Positions 26,423-40,000 of a stretch of DNA of 64,000 bases are shown piece after piece. Source of the DNA: Camelus dromedarius (taxonomy: Eukaryota); NCBI RefSeq assembly GCF_036321535.1, contig NC_087437.1, positions 91,576,001 through 91,640,000 on the forward strand. The letters are read 5' to 3'. The notes beneath the pieces were generated by a model that saw nothing but the letters and a program-made list of their open reading frames with translations, was not told the origin of the DNA and did no database searches. Numbering within the stretch: position 1 is the stretch's first letter; the number at the start of each line of letters is the position of its first letter. Made by a program: the position numbers and the translations under genes.

Positions 26423-26641
26423 AAAGTTGTTAAGAGAGTAAATCTTAGGAGTTCTTATCACAAGGAAACATTTTTTCTTTTGCTTTGTACCTATATGAGA
26501 TGACGGATGTCTGCTAAACTTACTGTAACGAATCTTTACTAATATTTCATGATGTATGTAAATCAAATCATTATGCTATATATTTTAAGTTATACAGTGC
26601 TATATGTCAATTATATCTCAATGAAACTGAAAGAAAAAAGA
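26423..26641 (+). mobile_element. L1 3' terminal fragment
   Basis: aaagttgttaagagagtaaatcttaggagttcttatcacaagg...tatatgtcaattatatctcaatgaaactgaaagaaaaaa. Confidence 0.85.
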
Positions 26642-26744
26642 AATAATATGTTTAGGGTTTATCCTCAGAAAAAAATGGCAGCTAATGAATAATTAGAAGC
26701 AGTGATGTCATATGAATATATTTACATGTTAGAAAGCATTTTTT

Positions 26745-27835
26745 CCCCATAGACACACCAAATCCACAGCTGTATATAGAACAGTTTCCTCTGAAAAAAC
26801 AAACAAATAAACAAAAAACCCCTTTAAGTTGTCAGAGACACTCCCTTGTATCTGACAAATGAGAGAAGTGGGTATCACAGGATGGGCCACGATCTCCCAG
26901 AAACCCCACCCCTACGGTTGGGAAGATAATTCAAAACCCAGAGTTTCTTCCTGAGGAGCAAAGGGTTTGAACTCCATAGCAGGCACCCCCAACTTTGAAG
27001 ACCTGTACCTGAGAGATGAGTCTCTAAAACTTCTAGCTTTGAAAACCAATGGGTTTCGCACCCACAGAACCCACAGGATTATCAGATCTGAGAAACGGCT
27101 TTTAAAAGGCTCCTGTTCTGACTCACCTGCTCCAGAGCCCAGTGAGGAAGCAGCCCATCAAGGGGCACCTGGATTTGATGTGGGAGGGACTCATTTCCCT
27201 GCCTTGAAACGTCAGCCTGAGGGGCCGGCATCTGATTTGACAAGCATTTGGGGAAGTGCTAAGATGCTCTGCTGGGACGGAGACTGGCGGGCGCCATCTT
27301 TTTTCCCTTTTTTTCCCCTTCGTGGCCGCTGTCTTCACGCTGTACCTCAGCTTCGCTGCAGCTCGCTTGTATCTTCCCCATAGAAGCTTAAACACTAGTC
27401 TGGAGCCTGAAGTTTTACAATTGCCACCCAGGAGGCACCTGAAGATCACCGGGCCCCTGGTGGTCAGAAGGGCATTCACTTGTGGTGCCGCCAGACTGTA
27501 TATATTCGCGTACTTTAAACGGGTCTGAGGGTCCGACTTCGGATCAGTCTGAATCTAGGTGCTGACTGAATTCCTCGTCTTTGGGACACTGAGAAGCTAG
27601 GCAAATCCTCAACTATTGGGAGCCATTAAAAATAAAATAGGCTACTTGTAGAATAGCAAAAGTTTGAGTGACAACGAAGAGCCAGGGCAGGGTTGAAAAA
27701 TAATGAGGTTAATTTCCTAGGTCACCCTTCAAGACTGGGAGAGGCAGCTGCTTTATCTAATGCATAAAAACCAACACAGATTGTCAAGCAAAATGAAGAA
27801 ACAGAGGAGTATGTTCCAAAAAAAAAAAAAAGAAG
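26745..27835 (+). mobile_element. L1 5' UTR and start of ORF1 (MKKQRSMFQ), truncated at an A-run
   Basis: catagacacaccaaatccacagct..., locally CpG-rich 27270-27545, caagactgggagagg...aaaatgaagaaacagaggagtatgttccaa. Confidence 0.8.
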
Positions 27836-28099
27836 ATCGGAAAAATCAATGTCGTGTTCAAACTTGTCATCAAAAGGGCCTTGCCAAGTAGCATGTACGT
27901 ATTTGTTACTCTTTCTTCTATAAAATTGTATTGTGGTTTTGTTGATTTAAAAAAGTCATCTTGGCTGTAGTATGAAAAATATATTGGACTAATTCATTAA
28001 GTACATGAGGGGATGGGTAAGGAATTTGTGTTGATGGAAGAGAGTGTTTTATTTTGTTTTCCCTCTTGAGCATTTAAAAACTGTAAATCCAGTATCTCT

Positions 28100-29800
28100 A
28101 CCCTCCCTTGTCTTTGATGAATAGTCAGCCACTCTTTGTATATTTTGTTCCCTCTCTAGTGATATCTTGTCACTGTGACAGCTTTTAATATTTTTTATCT
28201 TTGGTTTTTATAAATTTGATAGTGATTTGACAAGGTATGGTTATCTTTTCATTTATCCTGCTAAAGGACAACTAAATTTCTTGAATCTGTATATTAGTGA
28301 TTTTTCTCCCTAATTTTAGAAAAAATCAGCTATTTTATCTTTAAATAGTTTTTCTGCTTTACTCTCATTTTATTCTAAGATTCCAGTTACAGATATTTTG
28401 GACATATGTTATTAGGTCACAGTTTCCCCGAGTCTCTGCTAATTTTCTTCATGTTTTCCCCTCCGTTCCTCAGATTTGATCTTTCCTATTGTTAGCATCT
28501 CAAATTTACTAAGTCTGTATTCTGTCAATATTCATCCAGTGAATTGTTCATTTATTTCTATTACTATTCCCTTCAATTATAGAATTCCCATTTGGCTCTT
28601 TACTTATTGTATCTGCTCCTTTGCTGAGTTTACCTATCTGTTCATTCATTAAGATCCTATTTTTAAAGGTTGTGAACACATTTACAAACAGCTGCTTTTA
28701 AATTATTGTGTGCTAGTTTCAAGGTTCAATATTTGTGTCATCTAATGCCTTTTTGTTCACTGCTGAAATTTTTTTTTCCTGGACATTTCTTCATGAATTA
28801 TATTCAGAATACATACTATGCTGTACACCTGAAATTAACACAGTATTGTAAATGAACTCTACTTCAATTTAAGAAAATTGACTGCTTGACTTCTTGGTTT
28901 TGGATCACATTTTAAGGTTTCTTTGCCTGTCTAATAATTTGTAATTGTATGCTTTATATTACAGATTAGTTATAGTAGAGACTCTGGGTTCTGCTATCTT
29001 CCCGTGACATGTGTTGTGTTGATTTTTATTCTGGCAGGTAATTGAATTACTGGCTAATCATCTTGATCTTGTGTTTACTTAAATTTAAGATGTGTTAGGG
29101 CAGATTCATAAAAACACCGAAGGTGTTTCCAAAGCCCTTCTAGCTTGGCATGACTTAAACTCTAATGTCTGTATCTGTGAAGATCTTGTAAAGCCTTGGT
29201 TTTTGGTTTTATTAGAGCAGTTCTAGAAGCTAAATTCCTCTCATGTGTGGTCATTGTGATTCTTACATGCAATCCTGGTGTCCCAGCCAGATGCCTTTTA
29301 TGATGAACATATAATTCTATTCTGGATGAATTAAGAATCTAAAATTTCCCAGTACTGATTTACTTGCCTCTCTAGTAGCAGGTTTGATAAATGGACACAT
29401 TCTCTGACAAATCTTGAGTTTTGGCTCTGTGCACATGCAGCCCCACTTTCATCTAAGGATTCATGGGGGAAACTCACAATGACTTCTGAGGTGCCCCTCC
29501 CCCCCAGCTACTTTCTCTCTAAGAACTTGTTCTGTAGATTCCAAATGCTTCCATTGATCTGATCATTTTGCTCAGTGGACCACCATGACTTTTTGGACTC
29601 TAGCTCAGTGCAGCTTGTAGCAGGGCTGATTGTGTCATTCACCTCATGAATTTCCTTTCTATCATGAATTATAGACTTGAACTTTCTGTTGTCCAATGCC
29701 TGAAAAGAACTGCCTCATATATTTTGTCTTTTTTAAACATTGTTTCCAGTAGTAGAACTCATCAAATAGCACTTAACCAGTTATAGCTGTAAGTGGAATT
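28100..29800 (-). mobile_element. Old L1M ORF1/5' region fragments, with a short plus-strand L1 3' end at about 28815-28876
   Basis: Degenerate antisense ORF1 motifs (ttctagaattcc-like tatagaattcccatttggctcttt). Embedded actatgctgtacacctgaaattaacacagtattgtaaat. Confidence 0.6.
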
Positions 29801-32800
29801 CTACATATTTTATTTTTGAAAAACCAACAGATTAAGGGAGAGAACAATACTCTAAGTAGCCTACTGATTTCCCCCTTAATTAACCCATCACTATTCTATT
29901 TTAGCAATGCCTCTCTGTATGTCCAGACAGTTCACAGATGGGATTGAAACAACTAAGGTCCATTTATAGGAAGAGGAACTCATAATGAATTTTGTTAACA
30001 GCCTCTAAGCTTTCCCTAGGGTTCCTACTCTTTTTTTTTTTTTTTTTTTTTTGAGCACAGCACTGTTCTCTGTTAGCTTAGCTGGACTTCTAACCTAGCT
30101 GAGTTTTGCTCACTCTTGTCTCAGCATCATTTTGTTCTGCTCCAAAGATCACCCAGCTCACTTTATTTCCTTTAGTGCTCTCCAGGCTTAGCTCTCTTCC
30201 CTGACCTTTCCAAATTTGTGCATTTATGCTAAAGACATGATTTGATATTTCTTCAGTAGATTTTGTTTAAGGTACTTAAGCTGACCTGGAAAATGGTTTA
30301 GTTCCCCAGATTTTAAAGAGACAAATGTATTTGTCAAAATAATGAATTGTGGCAAATGTACAAAGTTAATTTTTATAATTTTTTAATGATCTTTACACTG
30401 ATAATTTAGATTTAGAAATATGATACTGAATGGAATATGAAACTATATGATTTCAACAGTGTGAGGACTAATTATGATTTAGGTGAACATTATGGAAATG
30501 TAAATTCTAAGCAATTGCTGTGAGCTACTTTGAATATAAATTCACAAAATTATTTTTGTACATTTTACTTTCTAAATACTACTTTACAGTGAAATATTTT
30601 GTTCTGGTCAGTTTTATTGATGCAGAAGGGGTTATAAAGATGAGGGATTTGGGGTTGATTAGAATCATCAGCTCATTCATGATATCCTGGCAACAGATGA
30701 TAATCCCCACAGCAGGAATTTGATCCTAGCAAAAAAGCATACGGAGAACAGTAGGTCCAAAAGAAAATCTGTATGCAGGCTGCCTATTCACACTGTTCAG
30801 GCTCAATAAAAGGCTCTCAGACGCAAATTCTCACTTGAGGTTATTTAGATCAAACTGGTAATTCTGATTCGAGCAAGAAACTATGGAGAATCAAGAATGT
30901 ACACTGTTACTCCTATATGTTTTTGGTAACTAACTTCAAAGACATTCTGCTTACTTATTTGAAGTAAAGGAATACTTAATGCATATAATAATGAAATGAA
31001 GTTTACCATGTTCACATTAATATTCTAGCTTTTCAAAAATATTTATGAGCAAAATGAAAATATTTATAAACATTTTGAAACACACTTTTATACTGTGCCA
31101 AACAATTCTTTCACTTCAAACAGTAAAGTCTTACACATTATAAATTTCTCAATCATAGACTTTCAAAAGTACTTTTTCCCTCTATTCCAGGTGATAAACC
31201 AAGTTCAAGGTAAATAAAGTCTCAATTTATTCCTCAGTTCACTTTAGAAATACTTTCTTTGTATTTAAAATCAGCATCTGTCCTGGATTTTCAGGGCTAA
31301 CCAAGCCCATAACACAGGTTGTAACAGGTATAAGACTACAAATTGGTATGTTGCTGGGTGGCATAATGAAGAAGATGAACACTAGAAATGAAAGAAATAC
31401 GAATTCTGTCACTAATTAGATTATATTAAATTATTTTCTTATTTGCAAAAATTGAGTATATGACTGTATGTTAAAATTCTTTCTATAAATAATATAGTAT
31501 CACTAAATATTGGCCCAATATGACACAAAAATATATGTTACAATTATGCAGCATTTGAAGAATTTGTCATTTCAGATGATAGTGGTGAATTCTCTACCAC
31601 TGGGATTATTCAATCAGGGAAACACAGTGGTATCCGTTTATTAGAAATATTATAAAGGAGTTTCCTACATCGTATAGAATCCCTGCCAATCACAAACTTT
31701 ATTAATTAAACCAAATGTGTATATTTCTCTGAATAAATTCATTATGAATGATCTTTATTATTGTCAAATCCTAAAGTATTATAAATTCCCTTTATTAGTT
31801 TATCTCTAAATATAATAATCAGTCTGATTTCTGAAGTGCTATCATGGACCCACTATTAACATCATTTTCTTCTTAATCCTAAAGCTACAAGAATGAAAAC
31901 TCTCAGGAGAGGGGAGAAAGAATAACTAAAATTAAATTGTTTTCCATCTAGACATAAATATTTTGTGTTTTAAGAAAAAAACTAGGATTTAAAAATTTTC
32001 CAAAAGTGGACTGTTCATTAGGATAACATGTTCAGTAAGGCATAATTAGCAATAACAATGTTGAATTAAAATCATATCTAATTTGGGAGCATCTGCATTT
32101 TCATAAGAAAAAAAATCAACAAAAAAATTCTCAATATAAATAATTTCAATTCTCACATTTAGAACAGTTATTTTTATGTATATTTAAGTTTATAATCTGG
32201 ACATTTAATCCATAAGCATTGTAAGTACTGATTTCACAACATAGTTTATCTTACTTAAAATGTTTGTCAATCCAATGTATAACTGAGAATTGTCAATCTG
32301 TATTTAGGATTAAAATACATAAAGTTTTTAATGTAACATAATATTCTATCATAATTTCAATATCAATTATAAAGATTACTTAATAAAATATATTGAATAA
32401 CCATCTCTACTCTTGTTGTTAGCCTCTTATCACCATAAATGTAAGGTATAATTTAAACAGTGTATACATTTTAGAAAAATTATTGTTCTGAATTTTTTCT
32501 TAATAATGCATTTTATAATTAACTTATGAATTGAAGTTAATTAATAAATTACTATGTATATCTGCTTGATATCCAAGGCTATGACAAGAATCCCCATTGT
32601 AACTCTCATTGGCACAATGAGAATTTATATATATGTATAATTTTACTCATGGTTATACCTTTTCAGTGTTCTTGTCAAACATAAATGGATGGATTAATAG
32701 TTTTTTGTGTGTATGTGTTGTTGGGAGATAACTGACCATGGATCTCTTATGTTTCTACATGAAAAATTCTTAAATGTACTTCCCTCATGTTATACACCTT

Positions 32801-33770
32801 CTTCTCTTGCTGGAGCTGTAAGTCTAGGAACTATGTTTCCCAGACTCCCTTGCCCACAGAACCATTTTATTTTTGTTCCATCAATGAGATGGAATCATGT
32901 GATATCTTAAAGTTGGAAGAGAGATTAAAGAAATATTCTTCTTCTTCCAGCATCATCAGACAGACAGATGAGCTTGGGAATTTATGCAATGCTTTCTAAG
33001 CATTCTCTTCTGATTCACCTGCCTGAATATGGCAGGAAGTTATACATACCAGTAGTGAAATCCTGTAATTTCTTACCTGAATGAGAGGAGGAGCTTTTTG
33101 ATTCTCTGCAAGCTATAGACAAAGCTGAGAGTTAGTGGCATCCATGTTTGACTTTGCTCTTCCAGTTTATTCAGTAATTTTGAAGCATCTAATTCCTGTG
33201 CTTAATCTCACACTCATTAGAAAGAGAGGGATTGTAGAATGGTTTCTGTGTTCCTCATGAAAACATAACTAAAGTAAATGAATTTTTATCTGATCTATGT
33301 CCACGATCAAAAATAATTTATAATAATTGTTTATGCTCACTAATTATTAAAAATTATTAAATTTTATTAAATTATTTAAAAATATTTAAAAAATGAAATA
33401 TACAATAACCCTGAAAAATGTTGATATGATAAATACTGAATTATACTAATACCATTAGAGAACATGACAGTATGTTACAGCTCACATTCCAGATAGTCTT
33501 TTAATAGGAATGTTCTTTATCAGGAACCATCATTAGCGAAACATTCCTGAGGAAGTCAGACTTGAAGAAATGCTTAATTAGGCTAGACAGAGAACAGTAC
33601 ATTGTACAAAGTAGAGTTAGCTTCTACATTTGAGCAATGAAAAATAAATGAACAAAACTAGTTAAGTTGTAATAGCAATTTCACTTTGGGTTTTAGTGGG
33701 AGATACAGTTGGGCATATAAAATAATACCAGATTTTGAAAAAAAACATATAAACCTCATAATGTAATTTA

Positions 33771-34005
33771 TAGTGTTTTTTTTTTTTAAATTGAAATATA
33801 GCCAGGTTACAATGTTGTGGCAATTTCTGGTGTACAGCATAATGTTTCAGTCATACATATACATACATATATTCATTTTCACATTCTTTTAAATTATAGG
33901 TTTGTATAAGATGTTGAATATAGTTCCCTGTGCTACACAGTATAAACTTCTTGTTTATCTATTTTATGTATAGTAGTTAGAATCTGCAGATCCTGAACTC
34001 CCAAG
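33771..34005 (-). mobile_element. Young 5'-truncated L1 3' end with 14-bp TSD CATAATGTAATTTA
   Basis: TSD copies at 33757-33770 and 34006-34019. Poly-T followed by the L1 3' UTR (ttacaatgttgtg..atttctggtgtacagcataat). Confidence 0.9.
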
Positions 34006-35066
34006 CATAATGTAATTTAGATTTAAGGCATCACTTAAGTTTCTGAAGTGCTATTTCTGCACTGTGGTGGAACAGCATCACTGCAGGAGGACTCCCCAGT
34101 AATTACACTGAATCACTGGAATGTGGGAATTATACTTTATTAAGTTGTATACTTATTATCTTCCTCTGATGTTTTAAATTTCTACCATTTGGTTGACCAC
34201 CTTTCCCTCAATCATTCCTTGTCTTGTTATCTACTACTAAGGATAGCTACTTTTTTGAAAAATATTTTTCAAATACCCAGAGAAAATTATGGCAGAATAT
34301 ATCAGGATCATAGATTCTACCTTTACTAATACCTGCCATAATTAACACCAACTAAAGTATTGAAATAAACAAACTGAATAGTCACATGCATTAACAGCGT
34401 TGTGAGACACAGCTCTCAACAAAAATTCCTCCTTTTCAAACAGTATTGATTTGTGTGTTGGAAGACAGCTTGGTTTTCATCCAAGTGTTATTTTTACAGT
34501 GTTTGTTTATTTCTTGAAGTACAGCAGACCAAAGGATGCAGCAGTGGGGCTTCCAACCTAGATTGTCAACTCTAACTTCCCATTGACTCCACTTTCTCTC
34601 TTAGCTATCTGTACTTCATGGGGAATGACCACTCAGGTCCTTTGTTTATATTTCTTGTCACAGTTAGAAACCTTTCTCTTTTTTAGTGGCCTCTCCCCAC
34701 TGATATCCCACCACTGATTTTTCCACCAGTCGTTTGCTGCTGTAACTCTTGTGTACCAGATGGTTTAAATGGCTAAGCATGTATTTGCTGAGTGAACATA
34801 AGGAAAGCTGTCACTTGGCTTATTTCTCTTTCATTTCTAATTTTTTGCCATTAGTGATTAAATGAGACAATGCTTGATGGAAATAACAAGTCCTGAACTT
34901 TTTGTGTTTTCTAATATAAAGTAATTAAGGTTTGATTCCCCTTATTGTGGAAGACTTTTTAATGAAATCAGTCATTTGGGAATAGGGACATCTTTGCATT
35001 CTATTTTTAATTTTTTTTATTAGACTAGTAATACTCAGGTCTATTTTGTTTTTCAGATTTGCCTGT

Positions 35067-35104
35067 CTTCCTTCCTTCCTTCCTTCCTTCCTTCCTTCCT
35101 TCCT
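35067..35104. repeat. (CTTC)n tetranucleotide microsatellite
   Basis: Read directly. Confidence 0.95.
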
Positions 35105-36726
35105 TTTTCCCTTTCTGATTTTGTGCATAGTGGCTACACAATTTTAGTGATCATTATCTCAACAAAATGCTTTGGCAATTTCCTAGTTGTCTTTGGTATA
35201 ATCGGTGAAGGAAATGTCTCTGTCTTGTCAATAAATAACATGTCAGGATGCTGTGTCAGAATTTAAAAAGTGAGGAGCAAATGTGATTTTCAAAAATCTC
35301 CCCTGGGTAAATGGATTATTGCTTCCTACAACCAAACCTCCTACATTTAAGTGTCAACCAGAATACTATAGAGGCTCTGTTTTAATTCCATAAAAAGCCG
35401 GAGATAGTATACATACTTCTTTACCAGCAAATTGTGAATTCATGTGTTCTCTAATTGGCTGCACTTGTTTCTCAGAGCTGCTGTTATTAGAAAAGTTTAT
35501 GTTTGACATGATTTCCTATGTATCTTGTTCTTTTTTCATATCATTTTGTTCAGAGAATTAGTTTTGTTTTTTTTTTAATGTTTTAGCTCCTCATCATACT
35601 GGTCAACCAGAAAAAAAACATTCTACAGTTTAATTTGTGTGAAAATCAACAAGAGGGAAAGTAAACTAAATGTTATATTACAGGAACATAGTGATAGTAT
35701 ACTGAGGTGGCTGAAGTACATCAAATATTGTAGTGGGAGAAATGTTTAAATAAAATATGAGTACAACATGAATATGCAATAATTTTTCCTAAAAAACATT
35801 TTCTTTAGATACTATGTGCTGAATGGAAATAAATAGTTGTTTTACATGAACAGTTGGAAGAGAAAAGAAAATATAGATTTAGTGCTTCCTTAGAACTTTT
35901 GAGCTGAATTATCATCTCATTATTTTTAAAATGACCTATATTTAAATTCTTCAAAGTGAAAATTGTTTAAAATTATCTTTTGTTCTTTTAGTGCATTGGC
36001 ACTTAAGGAAGGGTTGTGTCTAAAGATAGTAGTGTGCTTTTTCATTGCTTTGTCTCAACTCTGCCTTGTAACACTGAAACTAATAGAAACTTCCCAAAGG
36101 TTCTCTGTCATCTTTGATTCAGTGAACTGACTTCTTTTGCTAGTCCAGCATTTGTATTAACTATTGTCAGTTCCATCTCTAAGGAAGGTGCTCTTTCCAA
36201 CTTCTGGGTCCATTCCCTCTGCCTTTGGGCAGGTCCCCTCCTCTACTGTTAAACCACTGAATTGATTCTGATGACACTCTTCCACAACTCATTCTTGTCA
36301 GTTATCAATAACTTGGGCTAAATATTTTGTTTTGCATGTTTTTTTGTTGAATTTAGTTGTTGAGGATGACATTTTAAAGTTATTATAATCTTAAATGTAA
36401 AGCAAATGTTTTTAACCCTCTTAAAACCTGTGACTATAAATACTAGGTTTTAATTCTACATCACACTCACATTTTATCAAACACATATAAATAATTTGGG
36501 AAATGTGTTGCAATTTAATAGCTTGTTAATTATAATTGACTGACTTTATTTAAGGTATGTGCTCCTGCTTAGGAGTGAAAAGAAGAATACTAAAAAAATA
36601 CAAATTGTTTATGGCATATTCCAAGATAAATACACAATAGTATCAATGCTGTACTTATAAAATTAAATAAGTAAGAAACATATTTACCTTGCATATATTT
36701 AAGCCATTAAAGAAGAGTTGATCGTA

Positions 36727-36774
36727 AAAATTTAAAAAAATTTAAAAATGTAAACTGACTATATTTCAATAAAA
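36727..36774 (+). mobile_element. Minimal L1 3'-end insertion with 15-18 bp TSD AAAGAAGAGTTGATC
   Basis: TSD at 36709-36723 and 36775-36789. L1 terminus tgtaaactgactatatttcaataaaa at 36749-36774. Confidence 0.75.
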
Positions 36775-37040
36775 AAAGAAGAGTTGATCATATTAGTAAT
36801 TGTTGAAAAACAAACAAAATTAGTAATATGATATTAGAGATACTGTCATTCTGCATATAATTTAAAAAATTTTTCTGCTTCATCTTGGCTTTTATTGCTT
36901 TTACTCATGTCTTCCTATTATATTTTTGTGCCCAGTGTTCATTGCACTAAATTTATTTGCTATCATAAGGCTGTTAGTTGACATAACCAGTATGATTAGA
37001 AAATATATTTCTTCAGTTACTGTTTTTCCTTCAGTTGCTG

Positions 37041-39790
37041 TTTTTTCTTCCAGTTTTATTAAGACATAATTGACATACAGCACTGTATAAATTTAAGGTG
37101 TACAACATAATGATTTGATTTACATGCATCATGAAATGATTATCACAATAAGTTTAGTGAAAATTCAACATCTCAGATAGATATAAAGTGAAAGAAAATT
37201 CAAAAAAGTAATTTCATTCTGATGAGAACACTTAGAATTTACTCTCTTAACTTTCATATATAACGCACAGCAGTGTTAATTATATTCATCATGTACATTA
37301 TATCCTAGGACTTATTTATCCTATTACTTATGGGTAATATTACTATATATATATACCACATCTACTTTATTCATTCATCTATTGATGTCCACTTAGATTA
37401 CTTCCGTATTTTAGCTATTGTAAATAATGCTTCAGTGAACATGAGGTACATATATTTTTTTCTAATTAGTTTTTTTGTTTCCTAAGGATAAATGCCCAGG
37501 AGTGGAATATGGATCATATGATAGTTCAGTTTCCTCATTTTTGGACATATCTTCATACTGTTTTCCATAGTGGCTCTATCATTTTGCATTGCCACCAACA
37601 GTGCATAAGGGTTCTCTTTTCTCCACATCCTCACTGACACTTGCTACATGTTATATTTTTGATAATAGCTATTGTGACAGGTGTGAAGTGATATCTCATT
37701 GTGGTTTTGATTTGCATTTTCCTGATGGTTAGTGTTGTTGAACATCTTTTCATATGCCTGTTGGTAATCTGTATATCTTCTTTGGAAAAATATCTATTCA
37801 GATTCTCTGCCCAGTTTTGAATCTGGTTGTTTATTTATTTTTGATGTGGAGTTGTATGAGTGCTTTGTACACTTTGTATATTAATGCCCTATCAGAACGA
37901 TCCTTTGTAAATAATCTCCCATTCAGTAGGTAGCCTTTTTGTTTTGTTGATAAGTTTCCTTTGCTGTTTTAAACCTTTTAGTTTGATTTAGTTCTATTTG
38001 TTTATCTTCTCTTTTGTTTCCCTTGCCTGAGGAGACATATCAAAAAAATATATTACTAAGATAGATGTCAAAGAGATTACTGCCTATGTTTTCTCCTGAA
38101 ACTTTATGGTTTTGATCTTTAATTCATTTTTAATTTATTCTTGTGTATGATATGAGAATAGTCCAATTTGATTCTTTTGCATGTAGCTATCCAGTTTTCC
38201 CAATACCAGTTATTGAAGAGGCCATCTTTTCCTTGTACATTTTGGCCCTCTTTGTCATAGATTAATTGCCCATATAAGTTTGGGTTCATTTCTGAGCTCT
38301 CTACTCTGTTCCATTGATCTATGTGTCTGTTTTTCTACCAGTTTCATACTTTTGTCTCATAACCTTCCTACTAGCTTTGTGCATAGATGATTCCCTACCT
38401 TTCCTATATGTTTGTCTTTACCAAAAAGCTTTTTCCTTTTGTGATTTTCATTTTCTAATTGTGGCCTTTCTTTTTTATGTAGAGAAGTCCCTTTAACATT
38501 TTATGTAAAGCTGGTTTGGTGGTGCTGAACTCTTTTAGCTTTTGCTTGTCTGTAAAGTTTTCAATCTTTCCATCAAATTTGAACAAGAGCCTTTCTGGGT
38601 AAAGTATTCTTGGCTACAGGTGTTTCCCTTTCGTCACTTGAAATATATCATGCTGCTCCCTACTGGCCTACAGGGTTTCTGCTGAAAAGTCAGCTGTTAG
38701 TCTTATAGGAGTTCCATTGTACATAACTTGATGCCATTCCCTCGCTGCTTTTCATATTCTCTCTTTATTTTTAATCTTTGTCATTTTAATTATAATGTGT
38801 TTTGGCATGATCCCCTTTGGGTTAATCCTGTTTGGGACACTCCTGTGCTTCCTAGAACCTGGATGTCTGTTTCCTTTCCCAGGTTAGGGAAGTTCTTAGC
38901 TATTATGTCTTTAAATGTATTTCCTGCCCCTTTTTGTGTCTCTTCTCCTTCTGGGACCCTAAAATTCAAATGTTAGTACGCTTGATGTTGTCTCAAAGGT
39001 CTCTTAACCTGTCCTCATTTCTTCTTGTTCTTTTATTCTTTTCTCTATGCAATTTCAGTGATTTCCATACTCTGTTTTCCAGATTACGGATCCATTCCTC
39101 TGTATCTTCTAATTTACCGTTGATTCTTTCTAGCGTATTTTTAAAAATAATTTTGGTTATTATTTTCTTCATCTCTGTTTGACTCTTCTTTATATTTTTT
39201 AACTCTTTGTTAAGAACTTCTAACTTCTCACTCTATTCATCCAATCTTCTCTCAAGTTTTTTGAGCATATTTACACTCATTACCTTGAACCCTTTCCTGG
39301 GCAGGTTGCTTATCTCAGGCAGTTTTTCTTCTGGGGTTTTATCTTGTGTCTTCATTTGAAACATATTCCTCTGCTGCCTCATTTTGCTTAATTTGCTATT
39401 TCTAAACCTATGCATTTGGTAGGTTGGTTATATTTCCCAACCTGGAGAAGTAGCCTTTTGTAGGAGATGTCCTGTGCATTCCAGCAGTCCACCCTCCTCT
39501 GGTCACCAGTGCTATATGCTCTAGGGATGCCCCCTATGTAGGCTGTGTGGTTCATCAGTTGAGATGGACTGACTACGGTGGGTGGCCTGGTAGATTTGGC
39601 GAGGCCCCCACAATATTAGTTATCAAGCCCTGTCTTGTGCAGAGGCTGCTGGCTACTGGTGGTTGGGGTCATGTTATGAGGCAGATGGCCAAGATGTACC
39701 AAGGGGTCCTGAGGTAGTACTGGCCCACTGGTGGCTGGAATCAGGTTCTGAGATGGGTGGTTGAGGGGCTAGAAATCCCAGATCTAGTGT
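37041..39790 (-). mobile_element. L1 with 5' UTR and ORF1 joined to the ORF2 C-terminus and 3' UTR (large internal gap)
   Basis: ORF1 start MRQQRNMFQMKTQDKTPEEK (ORF 39233-39415). ORF1 body to about 38350, then late-ORF2 motifs (gtgtctgtttttctaccagt..., gatatctcattgtggttttgatttgcattt) and 3' UTR at 37041-37330. Confidence 0.85.
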
Positions 39791-39829
39791 CAGAGTCCAT
39801 AGTTTATAATTTAAAAATATTAGGTATAA

Positions 39830-40000
39830 TAGCTAATATTTTCTGAGTATTTAGAGTCTGTTATTAAGTGTTTTATATATGTTTTCCAACTTTTTCTTAT
39901 AAAAAACTTCATGAGATGGAAAATATGTGTTTATTTTACAGATGAGTAAGTTGAGGCTTAGAAAGTTCACCTAAGAAAGGACCTGTAATCATAACTAGTA
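39830..40000 (-). mobile_element. MIR fragment
   Basis: attttacagatgagtaagttgaggcttagaaagt. Confidence 0.6.

Noticed and set aside
26967..27528. Overlapping 90-138 aa ORFs
   Set aside because: They lie in a GC-rich L1 5' UTR, where stops are rare.
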